Shown in pieces: positions 8,958 to 16,094 of a stretch of DNA of 41,076 nt (its first letter is position 1; each line of letters begins with the position of its first letter). The position numbers and the translations under genes are program-made. Origin of the DNA: Limisphaerales bacterium. GTDB lineage: Bacteria; Verrucomicrobiota; Verrucomicrobiia; Limisphaerales; UBA11358. The stretch covers positions 1-41,076 of the forward strand of contig PKZR01000377.1 of the NCBI GenBank assembly GCA_003133815.1, given 5' to 3'. The notes below the pieces were generated by a model. The model was not told where the DNA came from and did no database searches. It was given only the letters and a program-made list of their open reading frames with translations.

Positions 8958-9869
8958 TCAATCTGCATTTTTGAATGACCGTGGAGAGATCTGCGGATAC
9001 GAGCGTGATTCATGATAAAAAGTTTCGCCGGAACCAAAACCAGCGGCTGGCAGCGCGGGAACGCGTGGGGATCCCGCCGACTTTTTGAGCACAAACGCCA
9101 TGAACCGATTTTCAAAATCAAAATCAACATCCACAACTTCAAAATGATCGTCGCAGGACGCGCAGCCGATGGCCAGCTCGTTCAAAAAACTCAAGTGTGC
9201 CTTGCTGGAATGATTTAGATACGGCAGCGGCAGCAGGGCAATAAGCAAACCCTTTTCGTTTAGAACTTCCCCCATCCGGCGCAGAAGCGCATGCAATTCA
9301 AGGCTGTGTTCCAGCTCATGACGGAAAAAGATAGCCTGGGCTTTCTGCCCAATGCGTTTGGTCCATCGCAAAAAGACTTCCGCGTTGCAACAATGCAAAG
9401 TGTGCGTGTCAAAATTGTAAGTCTGGCGCGCCAGTTCCACCCGATGAGTCGATGACTCACAACCCATGACTGCAAAGCCATGCTGACGCAGGCTTTCCAT
9501 CATTTCACCACGACCGGCACCAAAATGAAAAATGGAACCTTTCGCCGCATGCAATCGTGATTCGTATTGCCTTACAATGGCTTCATAATTTGCTTCCGCC
9601 CATAATGCGTCGGTTTCGAATTCATCTGGAAGAGCGGTTTTGTCAGATTTTACGGGCAACGGGTGTTCGCAAAGAGTGGCTGGTACCGAACTGTCTCCGG
9701 AATCTGGTGAATTCATAAATTGTTTCCGTGTGAGAAGGTTGGCGGCGCTCATAAATTTCCATATTCGTTTCTTCTTTACGGGCGGACCGATTTGCATCGG
9801 CCCGCCCGAGGAAGGAGCCAGCGGTCCCGTCCTATGGACGGACGAAATTCGCTGACCATTTACTGACAC
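8958..9869 (-). CDS. class I SAM-dependent methyltransferase; start uncertain
   Basis: Motif IFHFGAGRGEMMESLRQHGFAVMGCE...IFFRHELEHS...LNEKGLLIALLP. The coordinates are the maximal ORF, which starts with GTG. The first roughly 40 codons coincide with strong RNA hairpins, so a downstream ATG is more likely (9797, 9752 or 9716). Confidence 0.7.
   Translation of the reverse strand: MSVNGQRISSVHRTGPLAPSSGGPMQIGPPVKKKRIWKFMSAANLLTRKQFMNSPDSGDSSVPATLCEHPLPVKSDKTALPDEFETDALWAEANYEAIVRQYESRLHAAKGSIFHFGAGRGEMMESLRQHGFAVMGCESSTHRVELARQTYNFDTHTLHCCNAEVFLRWTKRIGQKAQAIFFRHELEHSLELHALLRRMGEVLNEKGLLIALLPLPYLNHSSKAHLSFLNELAIGCASCDDHFEVVDVDFDFENRFMAFVLKKSAGSPRVPALPAAGFGSGETFYHESRSYPQISPRSFKNAD
9779..9808 (-). 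other. 13-bp GC-rich hairpin with a GCAA tetraloop on the minus-strand RNA
   Basis: The minus-strand RNA is CGGGCGGGCCGAU-GCAA-AUCGGUCCGCCCG. The single non-Watson-Crick position is G-U on the minus-strand RNA but A-C on the plus strand. A second hairpin lies at 9824..9843. Confidence 0.45.
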
Positions 9870-9981
9870 ATATCCGACACGACTCGTGGCGCGTGGTCAG
9901 TCACGCCATTTGTTACATGCCAGATTGCGTCAGAATCTGTTGTCCGGCCGGTTTTGCGGCCGCAAAATTTTTCTTCGACTT

Positions 9982-10239
9982 TCATAAACCTTTTGAAATT
10001 GTTATTCCCGGTTTTGCAGGCGTTGATTGAGGCAGTTTTGGCAGCGCCACATTTTGACGGGTGAGCGCCTGCTCGTTGCTGCATTGAATTTCTTCGTAAA
10101 CTTCCCGGCGATGCACCGGCACTTCCGCTGGTGCTTCGATGCCGATTTTCACGACGTCGCCCTCAACGCGCACAATCTTCACGTGAATGCGTCCGTCAAT
10201 CACTATGCTTTCGCCGGATTTGCGCGAGAGGATTAGCAT
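9982..10239 (-). CDS. csrA: carbon storage regulator CsrA (FliW-partnered type with C-terminal extension)
   Basis: MLILSRKSGESIVIDGRIHVKIVRVEGDVVKIGIEAPAEVPVHRREVYEEI plus a roughly 30-aa tail. I chose the ATG at 10239 rather than the track start at 10308, which would overlap fliW. Confidence 0.9.
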   Translation of the reverse strand: MLILSRKSGESIVIDGRIHVKIVRVEGDVVKIGIEAPAEVPVHRREVYEEIQCSNEQALTRQNVALPKLPQSTPAKPGITISKGL

Positions 10240-10249
10240 GATCGGGTGA

Positions 10250-10696
10250 TTAGGCGGCCCCGTTGACCGGCAGCGGATGTTGAACGGAGTATTCGACAGC
10301 GTTGGCAATGACGACCTGCTTGGCCACGCCGGTGTTCCGGTTGATAACGATCGGGCCCTTCAAATTGACCGTGGCGTTGCGGGGACCGCGCAATGTGACG
10401 ATATTGTAAACCACTGCGTCATCTGGCGAAGTCAATCCAAGAAAATCCACGTCCGCCTGGGGAATGTCAGGACGGTAGTCCGGCGCAAAATAGAGCGGTT
10501 CGATGACGATGAACGCCAGCGAGGGATTGTTTTTCACCTGCAGCCAGCGGAAAGGCGCTTCGGCAGGTTTGGCGATGAGCAGGAAATTTTTGATATGCTC
10601 AAATCCAAGCAACCCCGCTGGCATCCGCACTTCGCAGCAAGCGGCGGTCTCGGTCGTTTCCGGTTCCTCTATTTCTATCACGTTTGCACTATTCAT
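10250..10696 (-). CDS. fliW: flagellar assembly factor FliW
   Basis: 148 aa. Motifs ...MPAGLLGFEHIKNFLLI...PFRWLQ...SLAFIVIEP...DYRPDI...TVNLKGPIVIN. It lies immediately upstream of csrA. Confidence 0.9.
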   Translation of the reverse strand: MNSANVIEIEEPETTETAACCEVRMPAGLLGFEHIKNFLLIAKPAEAPFRWLQVKNNPSLAFIVIEPLYFAPDYRPDIPQADVDFLGLTSPDDAVVYNIVTLRGPRNATVNLKGPIVINRNTGVAKQVVIANAVEYSVQHPLPVNGAA

Positions 10697-10711
10697 GGTA
10701 AATTTTGTTTA

Positions 10712-10726
10712 GCAACGCCTGTGCCA
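10712..10726 (-). promoter_or_regulatory. sigma-54 promoter candidate upstream of fliW (perfect TGGCAC-N5-TTGC)
   Basis: The minus strand reads TGGCACaggcgTTGCtaaac. The -12 C is at 10712 and the fliW ATG at 10696, 16 nt downstream. Confidence 0.6.
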
Positions 10727-10770
10727 TCAAGCCATTTGGCGTCTCTTGATGGTTTATTAGCTTTAAATCC

Positions 10771-10807
10771 AAAGAAAAACGGGCTGATTGAAAAAGCCAT
10801 TTGCCCG
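10771..10807 (-). terminator. weak intrinsic-terminator candidate after flgL
   Basis: The minus-strand RNA is CGGGC-(18 nt)-GCCCG followed by UUUUUCUUU. The stem is only 5 bp and the loop is large. Confidence 0.25.
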
Positions 10808-10909
10808 AAATTATAATTCTGCGCTGAGTAACCCGGCAATTTTGACCCACACCCGGCTAAAATTGCCATGTGTAGCCTGGAAAAATGGTTTTGGAGGAGC
10901 GGCATAGGT

Positions 10910-11851
10910 TTAAGGCAGTGAATTCAATACAGATTGCTGAAGCTGCAAGATTTGCGAACTGGTCTGGAGAGCGACTTGGTAGGCATTTTGCGCCTGGCTT
11001 AACTGCGTCAGTGTCTGTGCCAAATCCGCGCCGGCAACATTTGAAAGGCTCTGCTGCAATCCGGTTTGTTGTGTTGTGGCAAATGAAGCCGCTGCCTGCA
11101 ACCGCGACTGCGTTGCGCCATTATTTGCAACCTGCCAGATAATGTTGTCGTCGTCCTTGCTCAAATTCGGCGCGTCGATTGTTGTGATGGCGCTTGTGTT
11201 TCCCGATTGCAGATTATTTTGCAGCGAAATTAAATGGTTGAACAAATCCGTGCCGTAGCGGCTGTCGCTTACCACACCGCGCGCGCCGGAACCGCTGTTA
11301 TTTTGGCCGGGCACATTTACAGCCAGGGAAGTATTGTCCGCGATTTCACTCTGCGAAACGCTGGTGTTGCCCTGATACGTGACGGCAGTGACGTTGCCAT
11401 TGGCATCGGTGCTTACCGTAAAAGGGGCCTGACTGGAGTTTGTGCCGCCAAAAACATACTGGCTCCCATTCTGGGTGTTCATTAACTGTGCGGCTTCTTG
11501 GATCAACTGGGTGACTTGGGTGGCGTCCGCCTGTAGCTGCGCCGGCGTGCTGGTGCCGTCCGCAGAGGTGGCGATTTCACTGGCTTTTTCCGTAATGGTT
11601 TGAAGCGAGGTCAGGGCATTGCCAGTGACGGTTGCATTGGTTTGCAGTGTGGAAATGTTTTGTGAGTATTGAGTAACGGCGCTGTTTTGGGCCTGCAAAT
11701 TCAGTGCCTGCGCCATGCCCGCCGGATTGTCTTCCGGAGCTGAAATGGTCTGACCGGTCGAAGCCTGGTTCTGAAGCTGGTATTCCTTCGCGGACAGGAG
11801 ATTCAGCTTGGTGACCATTGAATCCGTGTATGAGGTGCCGGCGATGCGCAT
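10910..11851 (-). CDS. flgL: flagellar hook-filament junction protein FlgL (HAP3)
   Basis: 313 aa. MRIAGTSYTDSM...STGQTISAPEDNPAGMAQAL...QYVFGGTNS..APF, with a flagellin-like N and C terminus. It follows flgK. Confidence 0.85.
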   Translation of the reverse strand: MRIAGTSYTDSMVTKLNLLSAKEYQLQNQASTGQTISAPEDNPAGMAQALNLQAQNSAVTQYSQNISTLQTNATVTGNALTSLQTITEKASEIATSADGTSTPAQLQADATQVTQLIQEAAQLMNTQNGSQYVFGGTNSSQAPFTVSTDANGNVTAVTYQGNTSVSQSEIADNTSLAVNVPGQNNSGSGARGVVSDSRYGTDLFNHLISLQNNLQSGNTSAITTIDAPNLSKDDDNIIWQVANNGATQSRLQAAASFATTQQTGLQQSLSNVAGADLAQTLTQLSQAQNAYQVALQTSSQILQLQQSVLNSLP

Positions 11852-11880
11852 AATTTATTAGGTTTGAAGGTTAATCAAAA

Positions 11881-13305
11881 TCAACCGGTCTTCATATTCA
11901 CCACCGTCGTCAACATCTCGTTGACGGTGGTGATGATTTGCGCCGAGGTTTCGTAGGCCTTTTGGAAGGTGATTAAATTCGCCATTTCCTGTTCCAACGA
12001 AACGCCGCTGACCGAGTCGCGCTGGTTCAACAACATGGTGTTGACGGAATTATAATTGTTCACCTGATCGTTGGCATTGGACAGCGCATTGCCAAAATTC
12101 TCAACGTCCAGAGAGCAGGCGCTGCTAAAGGTCTGATTGTTGAGCGCGCTTACGGACTGGCTTCCCAGCTGCGCCAGCGCCAGCGCGACCGAGTTGTCGC
12201 CGGTGGCATTGGCAACGCCTGCGGCCTGAACCTGCGAAGGATCGGTGAGCAAAGCGGAATTCACGCCGATGTTGCCTGATCCGGTGCCGGTGAAAAAGTC
12301 TGCCCCGGTATTGCCGTTGAGATCGTATCCATTTTTGTAAATGGAGTTGACCTGCGTTATGAGCGTAGAGGCCATCGTATTCAAATTGCTGCGCAGGGTG
12401 CCCAGCGCCCCGTCGCGTGCGTCAATCGTTCCCTGGATGGAACCGCCGGAAAGAGTGAGCGGCGTCGCAGAAGTGGCGGTTTGGACCTGCAACTGGCCGT
12501 TGCCCGGATCATAAGTTGCCAGCGTGTCCGAGAGCTTGCTGCCGGAAACCAGTTGCTGCCCGCCGATGCTGACGCTGATGGTCCCGTCAGAATTTGTGGT
12601 TGTTTGAGTGTTTGTCAATTTTGCGAGATTTTCCAAATCCTGTTCTCGAGAATCAACCATGTCATTGGCCGTGCCGCCGGATGCCGTGGCCTTGGCAATC
12701 TGGCCGTTGAGGCTGGTAATGTCGGAGAGAAGCTGGTTGGCAGAGGTGACGTCATTGCCGACAGATGTGTTAAGCTGGCCATTCAGCACATTTAGATTTT
12801 GAGAAGCCTGGTTGAAACTGGACGCGAGCGACTGCGCCGAGTTGACGAGCGATTGACGCGCCGTCGGGTCGGTGGGGCTGGTCGCCACGCTTTGAAAGGC
12901 GTTGAACAAGTTGTTCAACTGGTCGGACAAATCGGGTGAGCTTGTCGTGCTGGTTGTTGTGCTGCCCGTGCCCGACGCACTCAAATTGAGAAACTCACCC
13001 AATTGTGTCTGGGCGTTTTCCAGCGCGGTCTGCTGCGAATTCCAATAGCCGCCGACGCTTGCCTCGGACTGAATCTGGCTGTTAAGCAACGGGTCGCTGA
13101 CCTGCTGAATCGAAGATGCATCAACACCGGTGCCCTGCAGGCCGAGATTGGTGGGCGTGGGAGTGCTCGTTTGAAGCTGAACCGTTTGCCGGGTATAGGC
13201 AGGATTATTCGCATTCGCGAGATTTTGGCCTGTCACTTCCAAGCTCAACTCCTCCGCCATCATCGAGCGGGCTCCAAGATTCAACGTGTTGAAAAGTCCG
13301 AGCAT
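11881..13305 (-). CDS. flgK: flagellar hook-associated protein FlgK (HAP1)
   Basis: 474 aa. MLGLFNTLNLGARSM...GQNLANANNPAYTRQ at the N-terminus and SGVSLEQEMANLITFQKAYETSAQIITTVNEML at the C-terminus. Confidence 0.9.
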   Translation of the reverse strand: MLGLFNTLNLGARSMMAEELSLEVTGQNLANANNPAYTRQTVQLQTSTPTPTNLGLQGTGVDASSIQQVSDPLLNSQIQSEASVGGYWNSQQTALENAQTQLGEFLNLSASGTGSTTTSTTSSPDLSDQLNNLFNAFQSVATSPTDPTARQSLVNSAQSLASSFNQASQNLNVLNGQLNTSVGNDVTSANQLLSDITSLNGQIAKATASGGTANDMVDSREQDLENLAKLTNTQTTTNSDGTISVSIGGQQLVSGSKLSDTLATYDPGNGQLQVQTATSATPLTLSGGSIQGTIDARDGALGTLRSNLNTMASTLITQVNSIYKNGYDLNGNTGADFFTGTGSGNIGVNSALLTDPSQVQAAGVANATGDNSVALALAQLGSQSVSALNNQTFSSACSLDVENFGNALSNANDQVNNYNSVNTMLLNQRDSVSGVSLEQEMANLITFQKAYETSAQIITTVNEMLTTVVNMKTG

Positions 13306-13310
13306 GGTAT

Positions 13311-13808
13311 TTATCCAACGGCTTCGTAAAGGGAATGTTGCGGCAGACCGGTGCCTGACAGAACGCCCGTGACGTCATAGGTTGTTGTCCGTGTACCGGG
13401 GAAAAATGGATCAAACAGTCGTTGCATCAATTCAACGATCCGGCTCAACAACAGATGATTTTGTCGCGCGCGGCGTTGGATGCGTTTGAGCAGTTCGTTG
13501 TTTTCCTGAAAGAGCGCCTGGACGAGTGGTTTGTATTCGTCAGGCAGATGCGGCACGAGGCTCGCGAACGGAGCATCCTCGGCCAGACCAAACATCCACG
13601 CCAGATTGCGCTGCCGTTGTTCGCGTTCCAGCCGCGCAACGGAAATGGTTTCCACCTGTGCGTTAATGGTCTGGACGCATTGGAGCAGGTCCTGCGTCTC
13701 TCGGCGCATGACCATTTCCTGCTGCTGGTCGAGCAGGGCGAGCATTTCGCCGTATTCCTTTAATTCTTCCCGGAGCGAGTCAACGAGGTTGTTCAATAGG
13801 TCTTTCAT
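13311..13808 (-). CDS. flgN: FlgN-family flagellar export chaperone
   Basis: 165-aa helical protein (LREELKEYGEMLALLDQQQEMVM...) directly upstream of flgK, as expected for flgN. Confidence 0.7.
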   Translation of the reverse strand: MKDLLNNLVDSLREELKEYGEMLALLDQQQEMVMRRETQDLLQCVQTINAQVETISVARLEREQRQRNLAWMFGLAEDAPFASLVPHLPDEYKPLVQALFQENNELLKRIQRRARQNHLLLSRIVELMQRLFDPFFPGTRTTTYDVTGVLSGTGLPQHSLYEAVG

Positions 13809-14245
13809 GGGTGGTGAGTTGCAATGTTTTGAAATGGTTCGGTGGCGGTCAAATGGTTTGGCTGGGTCGTTTCCGTTTCTGTGGAAGTGGCGGGCGAAGT
13901 GCCCGCAGCATATCCTTTTCCGGCTTGTGGAGTCGATGAAAGCTGATGACCGAGTTGTCTCTCGAGCGTTTTCGCCAGCCCCAATGAGCCTGACTTCGAA
14001 ATGCTGTCCGCTATCTGGTTGATGACCATGTCGTGATAAATATCTGCTGTTGTGGAACTGTCCGAGAAAGTGGACGGAATGACTGTTTTCTGCGTTTCCT
14101 GTAAAATCTGCCGCAGCATCAGCGCTTCAAACTGCCGCGAAACCTCGGCGACCTTCTGCGGTTGGGTCAAGGTGCGGTTGTTCGCGATCATATCCAACGG
14201 AATGTCGGTGGCCGAGATTTTGCTCTGGATTGGGGCGGCATTCAT
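13805..14245 (-). CDS. flgJ: rod-binding protein (FlgJ N-terminal domain only, no muramidase domain)
   Basis: 146 aa. QFEALMLRQILQETQKT...DMVINQIADSISKSGSLGLAKTLERQL matches the rod-binding domain pattern. It follows flgI. Confidence 0.7.
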   Translation of the reverse strand: MNAAPIQSKISATDIPLDMIANNRTLTQPQKVAEVSRQFEALMLRQILQETQKTVIPSTFSDSSTTADIYHDMVINQIADSISKSGSLGLAKTLERQLGHQLSSTPQAGKGYAAGTSPATSTETETTQPNHLTATEPFQNIATHHP

Positions 14246-14246
14246 G

Positions 14247-15449
14247 TCACTTGATTATCAACTCGGCTTGCAATGCACCGGCCTGTTTCATTGCCTGGAA
14301 AATTGCCATGATGTCGCGTGGCGTCGCACCCAGTGTGTTCAGGGCCGCTGCGACCTTTTCCACGGTGGGCAATTCCGGGAGTGTGACGACGGCGGATTTG
14401 TTTTCCGTGACCTCGGTGGTGGTGCGCGGTGTTATTGCGGTCTGGCCGGTTTTACTGAACGGATTGGGCTGGGATACATCGAGCGTCGAAGCGACATTAA
14501 TTGTGATGTTACCCTGAGCAATGGCGCAGCTTGAAATCTGTATGCCAGCGGTGGCGACGATAGTGCCGGTGCGCTCGTTGATGATGACGCGTGCAGGAGT
14601 GGCCGGTATAACTTCAACATCTTCCAGTTGCGCGATGAAATCCACCGGCGACAAAGCCGCATCCGCAGGCATTTGCACCCGCACTTCAGTGGAATCCACC
14701 GCATGGGCGCTGTTGGTGAACATTAAATTGACGGCTGCTGCGACGCGCGATGCGGAGGTGAAGTCAGGTTCCCGCAATAGCAATTCCACACTGTCATCAT
14801 GGACAATCGTTGTTGGAATTTCGCGTTCGACAAGTGCGCCGCCAATGATGGTTGCTGTCGTGGGATGGTTTTTTGTGACCGTCGCTCCGCCACCGCCTCC
14901 GGTGCCGGCGGTGAATCCGCCCACGGAGACCGGCCCTTGGGCGACGGCATAGACTTTGTTGTCCGCTCCAAGCAGAGGCGTTTGGAGCAGCACGCCGCCT
15001 TGGAGTGATTTGGCGTCGCCCATCGAAGCCACCTGAACATCGAGCCTTTGGCCGGTTTTGATGAACGCCGGTATGTCTGCAGTGACCATGACGACGGCTA
15101 TGTTCTTGGCTGAAAGCGCCGACAGCGAGGCGGAGGGAATATCGATGCCATAATGCTGGAGCATGTTTGCCATGGTCTGCTGCGTGTAAATTGGATTTTG
15201 ATCGCCGTCACCCGCCAGACCGGCAACCAGTCCATATCCGACGATCTGATTGTCGCGGTCTCCCGAAACCATCACCAGATCGCCGATGCGGACGCCGGAA
15301 GCGCTGGTGAAATAAATTCCAGGCAGCACTAAAATTAAAAAAATGATCGAACCAACCAATTTTGCCGGACGGCAATGCCGGATTGGTAATTTCGACTGGC
15401 GACAAGCGCGTCGAACTTTAGGCCGCAATATTCTTGGCACGAGTGGCAT
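14247..15449 (-). CDS. flgI: flagellar P-ring protein FlgI
   Basis: 400 aa. IGDL...NQIVGYGLVAGLAGDGD...GGVLLQTPLLGADNKVYAVAQGPVSVGGF...TPRDIMAIFQAMKQAGALQAELI. Confidence 0.9.
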   Translation of the reverse strand: MPLVPRILRPKVRRACRQSKLPIRHCRPAKLVGSIIFLILVLPGIYFTSASGVRIGDLVMVSGDRDNQIVGYGLVAGLAGDGDQNPIYTQQTMANMLQHYGIDIPSASLSALSAKNIAVVMVTADIPAFIKTGQRLDVQVASMGDAKSLQGGVLLQTPLLGADNKVYAVAQGPVSVGGFTAGTGGGGGATVTKNHPTTATIIGGALVEREIPTTIVHDDSVELLLREPDFTSASRVAAAVNLMFTNSAHAVDSTEVRVQMPADAALSPVDFIAQLEDVEVIPATPARVIINERTGTIVATAGIQISSCAIAQGNITINVASTLDVSQPNPFSKTGQTAITPRTTTEVTENKSAVVTLPELPTVEKVAAALNTLGATPRDIMAIFQAMKQAGALQAELIIK

Positions 15450-15451
15450 GA

Positions 15452-16093
15452 TCAGAATGGATTAAGTTTGTCCCATATGCGGGTGAACCACCCCTTGTTC
15501 TGGCTGTCGGTGACGGTGCCTTTGCCAATGATCTGAATTGTGGCGTCGGCAACATTGTAGCTCTGGACCGTGTCGTCCGAGGCCACATCGGCGGAGCGTA
15601 CGACGCCGTGCAGCACGATTGTCTGGTTTTCGCCGCTAAAAGCGGTCTCGCGTTTGCCCTCGACGACGAAATTTCCATCGGGCAATACATCCACGATGCG
15701 CACAGCGATCTTGGCCACCACCGCTTCCGAGTCACTTATACTGCCGCTGCCATTGTGTGCGAGGTCTGAACTATAGTTCACGGCCGGCATCGCAGCTTTA
15801 TGCGCCAGAAAACCCGGAAAAAGAAATGAGGTGATGGTCGCAGCCTCGCTGGACTTTTTCTCCGTCACGGTGGAGTTGTTTTTGCTGGCGGTGCTGCTTT
15901 CCGACACAATAATGGTGATGATATCTCCGACACCGGCGGCGCGCTTGTCGGCAAACATGGACTGCGAAGCATCTGCTCGCCAGAGTGACTGCGGCAACGC
16001 GGCGACCGGCAGCATGGCGGTGAAAAAAATGATGACGGCCAACAGATGTGTCCGATGGAAATTTAATTTCAAAATCGGGTAGGGAGCTTTCAT
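15452..16093 (-). CDS. flgH: flagellar L-ring protein FlgH (no lipobox cysteine)
   Basis: SLW...SMFADKRAAGVGDIITIIVSE...LPDGNFVVEGKRE...NQTIVLHGVVRSADV. I chose the ATG at 16093 (MKAPYPIL...), which lies 1 nt after the flgA stop. The track start at 16195 overlaps flgA by 100 nt. Confidence 0.9.
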   Translation of the reverse strand: MKAPYPILKLNFHRTHLLAVIIFFTAMLPVAALPQSLWRADASQSMFADKRAAGVGDIITIIVSESSTASKNNSTVTEKKSSEAATITSFLFPGFLAHKAAMPAVNYSSDLAHNGSGSISDSEAVVAKIAVRIVDVLPDGNFVVEGKRETAFSGENQTIVLHGVVRSADVASDDTVQSYNVADATIQIIGKGTVTDSQNKGWFTRIWDKLNPF

Positions 16094-16094
16094 T

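Noticed and set aside
9941-9972. GC palindromes just after the csrA stop (CCGGCCGG and TTTTGCGGCCGCAAAA at 9952..9967), considered as an intrinsic terminator for csrA.
   Set aside because: On the minus-strand transcript the hairpins are followed by CCGG or GACAAC, not a U-tract. The T-run follows only on the plus strand, which has no gene to terminate. I treat them as part of the structured leader, not as a terminator.
10693-10905. 70-aa minus-strand ORF filling the flgL-fliW spacer.
   Set aside because: It spans the sigma-54 promoter, the inverted repeats and the terminator-like hairpin. It overlaps the fliW start and has no protein-like features, so the spacer is better explained as regulatory DNA.
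11381-11400. A further loose sigma-54-like word inside flgL (minus strand TGGCAAcgtcaCTGC).
   Set aside because: It deviates from the core at two positions, lies deep inside a coding region and has no start codon downstream. Matches of this looseness are expected by chance.
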